The position numbers and the translations under genes are program-made. Below, in pieces: positions 39,177 through 48,452 of a stretch of 64,000 nt of DNA (positions within the stretch are counted from its first letter, which is position 1; the number at the start of each line of letters is the position of its first letter). The DNA comes from an uncultured Cohaesibacter sp. (lineage in GTDB: Bacteria > Pseudomonadota > Alphaproteobacteria > Rhizobiales > Cohaesibacteraceae), in assembly GCA_963676485.1 (NCBI GenBank), contig OY781115.1; one strand, given 5' to 3'. The notes beneath the pieces are model-generated. The model made no database searches. It was given only the letters and a program-made list of their open reading frames with translations, and was not told the origin of the DNA.

Positions 39177-40124
39177 TCAGCGTGGAGAGGTCCAGCCCTT
39201 ATAGTCTTTGAGATTGTCTGCCGTGATCAGAACAGGATCGATCAAGACGGTATCTTTTTCTGGCTTTTTGCCGTTGAAGAAATCGTAGCCCATTTTCAAG
39301 GCTTCACCAGCCATGACATATGGATCCTGCGAAGCGGAGGCCTTGATCAGGGAATCCGGATCAGCCAAGGCTTTTTCGGTATCAGGCGCGCCATCAACAC
39401 CGGTGATGATGATGTTGGTCCGCTTCAATTGTTTGGCTGCGAGTTGGGCACCAAGAGCCATTGGATCATTTGCACCAAAGACAGCATCAAGATCGGAGAA
39501 GCGGGTCAAAAGACCTTGCATCACATTCATGCCACCTTCTCTGGCGCCCAAACCATTCTGGTCGTTTGAGACGACCTTGATGTCTGGATTTGCCTCAAAT
39601 ACGCCCATGCATCCGTTGAAGCGATCATTGAGCGAGGAGGAGGATGGGCCCTTGATGATGGCAACATTGCCTTTGCCGTTCAGGGCATCAACAATATATT
39701 GGCAGGCTTTGCGGCCCGCAGCCACGTTATCGGTCATCACCGTAACATCAGCGCCCGGTGCGGACACGTCAAAAGCAGCAATGGTAACGCCAGCCTTTTT
39801 GGCGCGCATCACTGCGGGGGCGATTGCAGTATCATCCACGGCGTTGAGCATGATGATATCGACGCCCTTGGCGATGAAACTGTCGATCTGGCTGACCTGT
39901 TTGTTCAAATCGTAGTCGGCAGAAACCGAGGTAATTTCAACATCGGGGTTGATTTCACGGGCACGGTCTTCAATGCCTTTGATCGTGGCCACAAAGAATG
40001 GATTGCCGAGCAGCCCGACAGAAATGCCGATGCTTTTGAGTTCCTTGTCAGCGGCCTGAGCACCAGATGCCAACACCGACAACGCAGTTGCTGCGCCCAG
40101 TAAGATTTTTAAAACTTTGCCCAT
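39177..40124 (-). CDS. CUT2 sugar ABC substrate-binding protein
   Basis: Signal peptide, NPFF, TDNVAAG, FGANDPMALG, GVDG. Confidence 0.92.
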   Translation of the reverse strand: MGKVLKILLGAATALSVLASGAQAADKELKSIGISVGLLGNPFFVATIKGIEDRAREINPDVEITSVSADYDLNKQVSQIDSFIAKGVDIIMLNAVDDTAIAPAVMRAKKAGVTIAAFDVSAPGADVTVMTDNVAAGRKACQYIVDALNGKGNVAIIKGPSSSSLNDRFNGCMGVFEANPDIKVVSNDQNGLGAREGGMNVMQGLLTRFSDLDAVFGANDPMALGAQLAAKQLKRTNIIITGVDGAPDTEKALADPDSLIKASASQDPYVMAGEALKMGYDFFNGKKPEKDTVLIDPVLITADNLKDYKGWTSPR

Positions 40125-40176
40125 TTCAATTCCTCCCTAGAATTATGGATTGCAAGTTTAAAATAGGGCCAGTCTA

Positions 40177-41157
40177 TCAGGCAGTTGTGCTTTTCCCGCG
40201 GAAACGATCCAGCGTAACAGCCGCGATGATGACAAGACCCTTGATGATGAACTGCCAGATGTCAGAAGTACCAGTCAGAATCAGGCCGTTCGAAAGGACA
40301 GCTATGATCAATGCGCCGATCAAAGTGCCCGTAATGGAGCCGACCCCGCCAACAAAACTGGTGCCGCCCAGAATTACCGCCGCAATGGCGTCAAGCTCAT
40401 AGGCCTGTCCGAGTTGCAGACCGTTTGCCGCATAAAGGCGCGCAGCGGACATCACCCCCCCAAGGCCTGACATCATGCCCGACATGGCATAGACAAACAG
40501 CAACACCAGCGGCACTTTGATGCCGGTCAGCCTCGCCGCTTCCTCATTGCCACCAACGGCGTAAATCCAGGTTCCCAATATGGTTCGGCGCAGGATGAAC
40601 CAGGACAATATGATCACGGAAATGGCGAGGATCGCGAGGATCGGCACCCCCAGAATGGTGCCTTCGCCAATCACGGCAAAAGGCAAATCGGCATTAAAAA
40701 CCGTGGTATCTCCCCCCAAGAGACGGGCAACCCCACGCACCGCCGTCAGCGATCCCAATGTCACGATAAAGGGCGGCAATTTAAGAAAGGCCACAAAGCC
40801 GCCATTCACAAGCCCAAACACGAGACCCAGCGCAATACCAGCCGGAACCCCTATCCATCCCAACCCCGGAACGAGTGACATAATCACGGCGGCCATTGCC
40901 GATGCCGCGAGGATGGACCCCACCGACAGATCAATGCCGCCGGTCAGGATGACAAAGGTCATGCCCGCAGCCAAAACAATATTGATTGAAGCCTGCTGCA
41001 AAACGATGGACAGATTACCCGCAGCCAGAAACTTGCCTGTCAGGGCGTGAAAGGCGAGCGCCAACAAGATCAATACAGGCAACATGCCCAATGCCCGAAT
41101 GATGCCTTTGAATTGAGCGGATGACTTGTTGGATTTTGCGGTCGGAGCAGAGCTCAT
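40177..41157 (-). CDS. CUT2 sugar ABC permease
   Basis: GGIDLSVGS, YAVGGNEEAARLTG, YELDAIAAVILGG. Confidence 0.93.
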   Translation of the reverse strand: MSSAPTAKSNKSSAQFKGIIRALGMLPVLILLALAFHALTGKFLAAGNLSIVLQQASINIVLAAGMTFVILTGGIDLSVGSILAASAMAAVIMSLVPGLGWIGVPAGIALGLVFGLVNGGFVAFLKLPPFIVTLGSLTAVRGVARLLGGDTTVFNADLPFAVIGEGTILGVPILAILAISVIILSWFILRRTILGTWIYAVGGNEEAARLTGIKVPLVLLFVYAMSGMMSGLGGVMSAARLYAANGLQLGQAYELDAIAAVILGGTSFVGGVGSITGTLIGALIIAVLSNGLILTGTSDIWQFIIKGLVIIAAVTLDRFRGKSTTA

Positions 41158-41186
41158 CTTGATCGATCCTTTTGGCGCATTGCAAA

Positions 41187-42725
41187 CTATTGTGCGACGT
41201 GGCTATCAGCCACGGTACCGGTTGAAAGCCTCATAATCGCTTCTTGTTGAATGGGTTGGGCTTGGCTGGCTTTCACTTCACCAGCGATTTCTCCTTCCCG
41301 CAGCACCAAGACACGGTCAGCCACGCCAATAATTTCAGGCAGCTCACTGGAAATCATGACGATTGCCATCCCTTGGCGCGCCAACTCATCGATCAGACGA
41401 TAAATCTCTGACTTGGCCCCGACATCGACCCCGCGCGTCGGCTCATCGAGCAGAATGACTTTGGGCTTTGCTTCAAGAAGCCGGGCAAGAAGCACCTTTT
41501 GTTGGTTTCCGCCAGACAGAGACCCAACCAGAACTGACGCGGACGGCGCTTTGATGGACAAAGTCTGAAACGCATTCGCGGACCTTTGCGCTGCTTTGGA
41601 GAAATTCTTGAGGACCGCCAAAATCGAGTCCTCACTCATCACACACATATTGATATTGTCCGAGATCGACATCTCGAGAAACAACCCTAGCTGCTTCCGG
41701 TCTTCGGTCAAATAAGCGATACCCTTGGACAGAGCATCACCCGGGCTCTGCGGGTTGATCTCCTCGCCATCAAGAAAAATTCGGCCCGTTTCTTTGCGAT
41801 CTGCACCGTAAATCAAACGAGCGAGCTCTGTTCGGCCCGAACCGACCAGTCCGGAGATGCCAAGCACCTCACCGCGGCGGACCTCAAAAGAGCAATTGCG
41901 AACCTTGCGATTGTCGCCCAGTCCTTCGACGCGCATAACAACGTCCGACACATTGTCGGCCCGGTGTTCCTTTTTATAAAATGAAGACAGCTCGCGTCCA
42001 ACCATCATGGAAATCAGGCGTTCCGCGCTCAAGTCTTGACGATCCAGCGTGCCGATATATTTGCCATCCCGCAGCACCGAGCAGCGATCGGCGAGCTTGT
42101 ACACCTCTTCCATCCGGTGACTGATATAGATGATCGCGATATTCTCTCGTTTGAGGGCTTCAATGACATCAAACAAACGTTCTGTTTCGCGGCTGGAAAG
42201 GGCTGTTGTCGGCTCATCCATGACAATGATGCGCGTATCTGCCGATAGGGCGCGCGCAATTTCCACCAGCTGTCTCTCGCCAAGAGACAGATCACGGACC
42301 TTTGTAGACGGGAGAAACGAAACACCCAGTCGATCCAAGATCGGCTGCGTTTCAGTACGCATGGCAACACGATTCACAAGCCCGAATTTGGACGGTTCGT
42401 TACCGAGAAAAATATTTTCAGCGACTGTGAGATTGGGTGCGAGGGATAATTCCTGATAAATAACGGCAATGCCATAGAATTTGGCAATCTTGGGATTGCC
42501 AGTCGGCATGACATTTCCGGAGATCAGGATTTCTCCGCCCTTATCGGACTTATAGGCGCCCGATAGGATTTTCATGAGCGTGGATTTACCAGCGCCGTTC
42601 TCACCCATCAGAGCGTGAACTTCACCGCCAAAAGCGGTCAGCGAAACATTTGACAATGCGCGAATAGCCCCGAAGGTTTTTGAAATATCGCGCATTTCCA
42701 GCACTGGGGTGGAATCCCCTGCCAT
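41187..42725 (-). CDS. CUT2 sugar ABC ATPase
   Basis: GENGAGKS, DEPTT, LSGGNQQKV; start MAGDST at 42725. Confidence 0.93.
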   Translation of the reverse strand: MAGDSTPVLEMRDISKTFGAIRALSNVSLTAFGGEVHALMGENGAGKSTLMKILSGAYKSDKGGEILISGNVMPTGNPKIAKFYGIAVIYQELSLAPNLTVAENIFLGNEPSKFGLVNRVAMRTETQPILDRLGVSFLPSTKVRDLSLGERQLVEIARALSADTRIIVMDEPTTALSSRETERLFDVIEALKRENIAIIYISHRMEEVYKLADRCSVLRDGKYIGTLDRQDLSAERLISMMVGRELSSFYKKEHRADNVSDVVMRVEGLGDNRKVRNCSFEVRRGEVLGISGLVGSGRTELARLIYGADRKETGRIFLDGEEINPQSPGDALSKGIAYLTEDRKQLGLFLEMSISDNINMCVMSEDSILAVLKNFSKAAQRSANAFQTLSIKAPSASVLVGSLSGGNQQKVLLARLLEAKPKVILLDEPTRGVDVGAKSEIYRLIDELARQGMAIVMISSELPEIIGVADRVLVLREGEIAGEVKASQAQPIQQEAIMRLSTGTVADSHVAQ

Positions 42726-42964
42726 AACTGCCGCCCCCCCTAATTGGCGTAACGCACTCGCGCAGAATGACTTTTCCTCCTCTGGCTCTATCCGAGCCAA
42801 GATCGAGCAATTGTGTTATAGCTCCCCCCTACCCGCAACAGCACCGGCCAGAAAACAACACAATAATCTATGAAAACGACACGTTACTCTATGCCTCCTG
42901 AAAGAAGAAAAATTTTACTCTCGAAAGTACAAAGCGCAAGCGCATATAGCGGACAAAAGCAGAT

Positions 42965-43182
42965 ATGATTGATTTTTGACTGCCAACTGATCAGGATTTG
43001 CCGCGCGTCATGGAGATCTGGCGTAGGTAAGTCTGCAACTCGCACTTGATGTGAATGAGCAAAATCCTCACGCACTGGGATTTTACGAACATATGGACTT
43101 TGAGCGTATCGGCCGTTCGGCGTTTGACGGGCAGGGGAGCCCCTCTCCCCTCATTCATCTCCGTCGTCGGTCAGATCTCTGA
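42965..43182 (+). pseudogene. YjaB-like GNAT acetyltransferase remnant
   Basis: MIDF*LPTDQDLPRVMEIWRR* followed, in another frame, by LDVNEQNPHALGFYEHMDFERIGRSAFDGQGSPSPLIHL; nonsense codon plus loss of the central part. Confidence 0.8.
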
Positions 43183-43236
43183 TTTATCATTTTGTCTTTT
43201 CAAGCTTTTCATAAAATTGCCAGATACTAGCTGCGG

Positions 43237-43683
43237 TTAGAGATCGTCAGCTGCCTCTTGTATATTGGCTTTTATGATCTTGTTCAGCAGGGCGATGAAT
43301 TGTCGTTGCTCATCTTCTGAAAGGCAGGCTAGGGCTGAGATATTTTCATCTTGAGCTGCAGTGACAGCAGAACCGCGCAAACGCCTTGCTCTCTGCGTGA
43401 GCCAGATCCGCTGGATGCGGCCATCGCTTTCGTCTTTCTTTCGTGTGATCAACCCATCGCGTTCCATACGCGCCAAGGTGTTGGCCATTGTCGCCTGTTC
43501 AATATCCAGCCGGTTAACCAGTTGCTTTTGGTTTAATCCGTCGGTTTCCCACAATTCAAGCAAAGCGGGGAATGTCCCGGTGGTCAGTCCCAACGGCTTT
43601 ATGCGTGCCGACAGGCCGCGCGCAAATATGCGGGCGACGTGATTGATAAGATATCCTGCCGATTGGTGTTTGATGAATGTCAT
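43237..43683 (-). CDS. MarR-family transcriptional regulator
   Basis: LNQKQLVNRLDIEQATMANTLARMERDGLI...DGR...IWLT. Confidence 0.92.
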   Translation of the reverse strand: MTFIKHQSAGYLINHVARIFARGLSARIKPLGLTTGTFPALLELWETDGLNQKQLVNRLDIEQATMANTLARMERDGLITRKKDESDGRIQRIWLTQRARRLRGSAVTAAQDENISALACLSEDEQRQFIALLNKIIKANIQEAADDL

Positions 43684-43690
43684 GGCCCAC

Positions 43691-43736
43691 TATTGCATTT
43701 AAATAGCAAGCTATGCAATAATATATAGCATGCTAT
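43691..43736. promoter_or_regulatory. Tandem MarR-type palindromes ATAGCAAGCTAT / ATAGCATGCTAT
   Basis: 12-bp (near-)palindromes at 43703 and 43725, 22 bp apart, in the divergent gap; outer TATTGCAT...ATGCAATA inverted repeat. Confidence 0.65.
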
Positions 43737-43758
43737 TTTTATAAAGGAGGGAAATCTC

Positions 43759-44208
43759 GTGGCTAAAATCGTTCATCCCGTTGCAGGTGCGGTCGCACTC
43801 GTCATGATCCTCACATTCTGGCTTTCGACGACCCTGAGTGAGCTCTTTGCAAACCAGTCCGTTGTGACCATGGTCAAAACCGCAATTCCCTGGGGCTTCT
43901 TGATCCTTGTCCCGGCTATGATGATCGTAGGCGCATCCGGTTTTCGATTGGGTAAGACCTGGCGCGGCCCTTTGGTCGCAAAGAAAAGAGCGCGGATGCC
44001 TTTGATTGCCGCCAACGGGCTTCTTGTTCTGATCCCAGCCGCACTCTACCTGTCGTCCAAAGCACAGTCTGGGGCATTTGATACCGAATTTTATGCAGTG
44101 CAAGTGCTGGAGCTGGTTGCAGGGGCACTGAATATCACGCTTCTAACCCTGAACATGTGCGATGGATTGCGGCTTAAAGGAAGGCTGCCCAGCGATCCAA
44201 ATCACTAA
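43759..44208 (+). CDS. Conserved-looking 4-TM membrane protein of unknown function
   Basis: GTG start with AAGGAGG RBS, four hydrophobic segments, divergent from marR. Confidence 0.75.
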   Translation: MAKIVHPVAGAVALVMILTFWLSTTLSELFANQSVVTMVKTAIPWGFLILVPAMMIVGASGFRLGKTWRGPLVAKKRARMPLIAANGLLVLIPAALYLSSKAQSGAFDTEFYAVQVLELVAGALNITLLTLNMCDGLRLKGRLPSDPNH

Positions 44209-44298
44209 GTTTTATTTTCTCGCCACTTTCTTCCGCTATTCAAGCATCTGGATATTGGCGGTTCGCCGAAATATTGACTGAGCGTTTCCTTCATCAAC

Positions 44299-44343
44299 AT
44301 GAAAATTTCTTTCATATAGCGCAAAATATTTTCATGTTGCATA
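44299..44343. promoter_or_regulatory. Operator copy 1 (ATGAAA-N5-TTTCAT...) upstream of dctP-kduD
   Basis: 22-bp core identical to 46440 and 52112; 41 of 45 bp identical to 46440-46484. Confidence 0.8.
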
Positions 44344-44450
44344 ATCCATTCAAAGTTCATGTGTACGCTTAAATCAGCAAATGCCATGCAACAGAACTGG
44401 ATCGCTCGATCGGATCGGGTGATGGGAGACACCAATTAGGGAGTTCAAAC

Positions 44451-45431
44451 GTGAAAAAACTCGTAGTCAGTGCTATCGCTCTTGCAGCCGTGGCTTTTTC
44501 CGCAGTGAGCGCAAATGCCGGTACCATCCGGTTGAAGATGGGCGATGCACTCGCCGAAGACCATCCGACCAGCTTGGCTCTTCAGCATTTCATCAAGGAA
44601 GTTGAAGAGAAAACAAACAAAAGCGTGCGGATCAAACTGTTCCCAAATGCTGTACTTGGTTCAGAGCGTGAAGTGCTTGAACAAATTCAAAACGATGCTG
44701 TTGATATTGCGCGCATCAGCGCCTCGAACCTTGAAAACTTCAACTCGATCTATTCGGCCTTTACGTTGCCATACCTTTTCGAGAGTGAAGATCACTTCTA
44801 CAACGTTCTGAGCGGCCCTATCGGCGAAAAAATCTATGGCGCAACACTTGATAGTGGTTTCCGTGGGCTTACCTTCTTCGATTCAGGAGCGCGTAGCTTC
44901 TACACCAAAGACAAAGCGGTCAATACGCCTGATGACCTTAAAGGCCAAAAGGTTCGTGTGATCAATAGTCACACTTCCATCCGCATGGTGGAGATGATGG
45001 GCGGCACGCCGACGCCTTTGGCTTATGGTGAAATCTACACGGCTCTTCAGCAGGGCGTGATCGATGGAGCCGAAAACAACCCGACAGCCCTGACGCTGGG
45101 GCGGCATGGCGAAGTTGTCAAATACTACGCCCTTGATGAACATACCCGCATCCCTGACTTCATGATCATTTCCAACAAGGCATGGGACAAGCTGGACGAT
45201 AACCAGAAGAAAATCGTCAAGGAAGCCGCTCGGAACGCGACCAAATATCATCGTGAAATCTGGGGCAAAGCCATTCAGGACGCTTTGGTCGAGGCACACG
45301 ACAAGATGGGTGTCACGATCTCTCATCCTGACAAAGCCCCATTCCTTGCGAAAGTCATGCCGATCATCGAAGAATATCGTCAGGATCCGGCGATTGATGA
45401 ACTCGTTGGCGCAATTCTCAACGCCAAATAA
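44451..45431 (+). CDS. dctP: TRAP transporter substrate-binding protein
   Basis: LGSEREVLEQ, GQKVRV, YTALQQGVIDGAENN; GTG start. Confidence 0.93.
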   Translation: MKKLVVSAIALAAVAFSAVSANAGTIRLKMGDALAEDHPTSLALQHFIKEVEEKTNKSVRIKLFPNAVLGSEREVLEQIQNDAVDIARISASNLENFNSIYSAFTLPYLFESEDHFYNVLSGPIGEKIYGATLDSGFRGLTFFDSGARSFYTKDKAVNTPDDLKGQKVRVINSHTSIRMVEMMGGTPTPLAYGEIYTALQQGVIDGAENNPTALTLGRHGEVVKYYALDEHTRIPDFMIISNKAWDKLDDNQKKIVKEAARNATKYHREIWGKAIQDALVEAHDKMGVTISHPDKAPFLAKVMPIIEEYRQDPAIDELVGAILNAK

Positions 45432-45487
45432 ATCATAAACTACAGAGGTGCGGAGCCATCCGCACCTTACTTACCGAGCGAGATATC

Positions 45488-46246
45488 ATGAAAGAACAAT
45501 TTGATCTTACAGGGAAAATTGCTGTTGTCACTGGCTGCGATACCGGTCTTGGACAGGGCATGGCTGTAGGCCTTGCCAAAGCGGGCTGTGATATCGCTGG
45601 CGTCAACATCGTTGAGCCGACCGATACCAAGGACATGATCGAAGGTCTTGGCCGGAAATTCCTCGATATCCGCGCCAATCTGATGAAAATGGATGATATT
45701 CCCGATATCGTTGCCAAAGCTGTCGCCGAATATGGCCGCATTGATATTCTGGTGAACAATGCTGGTATCATCCGTCGCGAAGATGCAATCGAGTTCTCCG
45801 AGAAGGACTGGGACGATGTGATGAACATTAACATCAAGTCTGTCTTCTTCCTGTCTCAAGCTGTTGCCAAACAGTTCCTGGCGCAGGGTGAGGGCGGCAA
45901 GATCGTCAATGTCGCTTCGATGCTTTCCTTCCAGGGTGGCATTCGTGTGCCGTCTTACACCGCTTCCAAATCCGGTGTTATGGGCGTCACACGCCTATTG
46001 GCCAATGAGTGGGCAAAGCACGACATCAATGTGAATGCCATCGCACCGGGCTACATGGCCACGAACAACACGCAGGCCCTGCGCGAAGATGCGGCACGCA
46101 GCAAGGAAATCCTTGATCGTATTCCGGCTGGCCGTTGGGGGTTGCCGTCCGATCTGGCCGGACCTGTGGTCTTCCTTAGCTCTCCGGCTTCTTCCTACAT
46201 AAGTGGCTATACGATTGCCGTTGATGGTGGTTGGCTGGCGCGCTAG
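45488..46246 (+). CDS. kduD: 2-dehydro-3-deoxy-D-gluconate 5-dehydrogenase
   Basis: VTGCDTGLGQG, NNAGIIRR, SMLSFQGGIRVPSYTASK, RIPAGRWG closely match KduD. Confidence 0.95.
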   Translation: MKEQFDLTGKIAVVTGCDTGLGQGMAVGLAKAGCDIAGVNIVEPTDTKDMIEGLGRKFLDIRANLMKMDDIPDIVAKAVAEYGRIDILVNNAGIIRREDAIEFSEKDWDDVMNINIKSVFFLSQAVAKQFLAQGEGGKIVNVASMLSFQGGIRVPSYTASKSGVMGVTRLLANEWAKHDINVNAIAPGYMATNNTQALREDAARSKEILDRIPAGRWGLPSDLAGPVVFLSSPASSYISGYTIAVDGGWLAR

Positions 46247-46338
46247 TCCTTGCAGACTTGCATTTAAACAAGTGCGAAAGGGTCTTCCTTTCGCGTCAAC
46301 TGGATGGCTTGACCCTCCCAGCCCATATTCAGTTGTTT

Positions 46339-46392
46339 AGCAGCGGCTCTAACCGGATTTTACAGTTCCGGTCGGAGCCGCTGCTTTATTTT
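46339..46392 (+). terminator. Intrinsic terminator after kduD
   Basis: AGCAGCGGCTC...GAGCCGCTGCT stem followed by TTATTTT. Confidence 0.7.
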
Positions 46393-46439
46393 CAAGATAT
46401 TTCAGATAGTTAGAAAGAGCACTAATCAACAGGTGCTGA

Positions 46440-46484
46440 ATGAAAATTTCTTTCATATAGCGCAATTTATTTTCGTATTGCATA
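46440..46484. promoter_or_regulatory. Operator copy 2 upstream of GH105-kduI-unknown
   Basis: ATGAAAATTTCTTTCATATAGCGCAATTTATTTTCGTATTGCATA. Confidence 0.8.
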
Positions 46485-46521
46485 CTATTTTCAGAAATCA
46501 GCTTAATTTAGGAGTAACACT

Positions 46522-47598
46522 GTGCTTTCAGACCAGTTGCTAAAAGAAAAAATATCGGCTGTCGTCTCAGGATTGGCGGCGCTACGCGACGAGGGAAAGT
46601 TCAATGAGCCCAACCTCGATGGGTCTACTGGCGATTATGTGAGCTTTGACTCATGGGAATGGCCTCAAGGTGTGGGACTCTATGGCCTGGCTCAGCAATG
46701 GCTGCGCACTGGAGACGAAGAGTCCAAGACTTTGCTGGAAGACTGGTACACCAAGCAGCTGGATCAGGGGTTGCCAACGCTTAATGTCAACACCACCGCT
46801 CCGATGCTCGCACTTTCTCTTTTGTGGGGTAAAACCAAGGAAGAGAAATGGTTCAAGCCAATGGACGACTGGGCCAATGCCGTCCTGTCCATGCCGCGAA
46901 CGAAAATAGGCGGTTTCCAGCATAATGTTTCTGACAAGATCAACGATAATGAGCTTTGGGATGACACCCTGTTCATGGTTGCCTTGTTTCTTGCCAGCTA
47001 TGGCGAGCAATCCGGTCGGCGAGAATTGGTCGATGAGGCTGTTTTCCAGTTTCTGGTTCACACCCACTATCTTTGCGAGCCGGAAACCGGGCTTTGGTTC
47101 CATGGCTGGTCTTTCGATGGGAACCACAATTTTGCACGTGCCAGATGGGCACGCGGCAACGCCTGGATCTCTGCAGGTGTTCTGGATCTCCTTGAGCTGG
47201 CCGATATTGGTGAAGGCAACAAGCGCTTTTTGATCGCTGTCGTGACTGCCCAGATCAACACGCTTATGAAGTATCAGGCTGAATCCGGCGCATGGCACAC
47301 ATTGATTGACGATGATAGTTCCTATGAAGAAATCTCGGCAACCGCAGCATTCGGCTATGCCATGATGAAGGGCGCTCGCCTTGGGATCGGCCCTGAAAGC
47401 TGGCGCGAAGCGGGCTTGAAGGCTCTTGATGCGGTGCTTGCCAATATCGATGAAAATGGCACTGTGCAGAATGTGTCATATGGCACACGCATGGGGCATG
47501 ATCTTCAATTCTACAAAGACATTCCGCTTGAACCGACAGCCTATGGCCAATCAATGGCATTGCTCTGCCTTGTTGAAGCTCTCAACCATGTGAAATAA
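46522..47598 (+). CDS. GH105 unsaturated rhamnogalacturonyl/uronyl hydrolase
   Basis: WEWPQGVGLYG, NVNTT, WDDTLFM, WARGNAW, WHTL, EISATA; GTG start after AGGAG. Confidence 0.9.
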   Translation: MLSDQLLKEKISAVVSGLAALRDEGKFNEPNLDGSTGDYVSFDSWEWPQGVGLYGLAQQWLRTGDEESKTLLEDWYTKQLDQGLPTLNVNTTAPMLALSLLWGKTKEEKWFKPMDDWANAVLSMPRTKIGGFQHNVSDKINDNELWDDTLFMVALFLASYGEQSGRRELVDEAVFQFLVHTHYLCEPETGLWFHGWSFDGNHNFARARWARGNAWISAGVLDLLELADIGEGNKRFLIAVVTAQINTLMKYQAESGAWHTLIDDDSSYEEISATAAFGYAMMKGARLGIGPESWREAGLKALDAVLANIDENGTVQNVSYGTRMGHDLQFYKDIPLEPTAYGQSMALLCLVEALNHVK

Positions 47599-47615
47599 AC
47601 AATCGGTAGGAAATC

Positions 47616-48452
47616 ATGTTTGTAAACACGCTTTATGGTGCCTCACCCCGCGACATCAAGCATTACGACAATCAGCGCCTTCGTGAAGAATTTGTCATTC
47701 CTGACATGTTCGTCGCGGATGAGGTGCGCCTGACATACACTCATGTTGATCGCATGATCGTCGGCGGCGCTCAGCCTGTTGCCAAGGAACTCGAACTGTC
47801 CAGCGGAGACGCACTTGGTACGGACAGCTTCTTCTCTGCGCGTGAAATGGGAATCGCCAACCTTGGCGGGACCGGCACGATTGAGGTGGATGGCACCAGC
47901 TACACGCTTGAGCATCGCGATGTGCTTTATGTCGGTCGGGGAACGAAGGGCATTAAGTTTGCCTCCGAGAACCCGGAAGCTCCGGCTAACTTTTATATGA
48001 ACTCGGTGCCTGCTGGTGAAGAGTTCCCCGCTGCACTCATCAAACAGGAAGACTCCAAGCCCATCACAATGGGGGAAGAAGCCCTTTCGAACAAGCGGAC
48101 CTTGCGGATGTATATCCATCCAGAAGTCTCGCCTTCCTGCCTCTTGCTGATGGGCATTACCGAGCCAGCCTCGGGCAGTGTTTGGAACACAGAGCCACCG
48201 CATCTGCATGAGCGGCGCATGGAAGCCTATTGCTATTTCAATATGGCTCCGGAGCACCGCGTCATGCATTTCATGGGTGAACCAACTGAAATTCGGGCGA
48301 TGCCAATTGCCAATCTGGAAGGGCTTGTCTCTCCAGCCTGGTCCATTCATATGGGCGCGGGCACCGGACCTTATTGCTTCGTTTGGGGCATGACCGGTGA
48401 AAACAAGGCCTATTGGGATTCAAACCCCGTTGCAGTGAGTGAGCTACGCTAA
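47616..48452 (+). CDS. kduI: 4-deoxy-L-threo-5-hexosulose-uronate ketol-isomerase (divergent)
   Basis: LREEF, DRMIVGG, HLHERRME, WSIH, WGMTGEN. Confidence 0.88.
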   Translation: MFVNTLYGASPRDIKHYDNQRLREEFVIPDMFVADEVRLTYTHVDRMIVGGAQPVAKELELSSGDALGTDSFFSAREMGIANLGGTGTIEVDGTSYTLEHRDVLYVGRGTKGIKFASENPEAPANFYMNSVPAGEEFPAALIKQEDSKPITMGEEALSNKRTLRMYIHPEVSPSCLLLMGITEPASGSVWNTEPPHLHERRMEAYCYFNMAPEHRVMHFMGEPTEIRAMPIANLEGLVSPAWSIHMGAGTGPYCFVWGMTGENKAYWDSNPVAVSELR

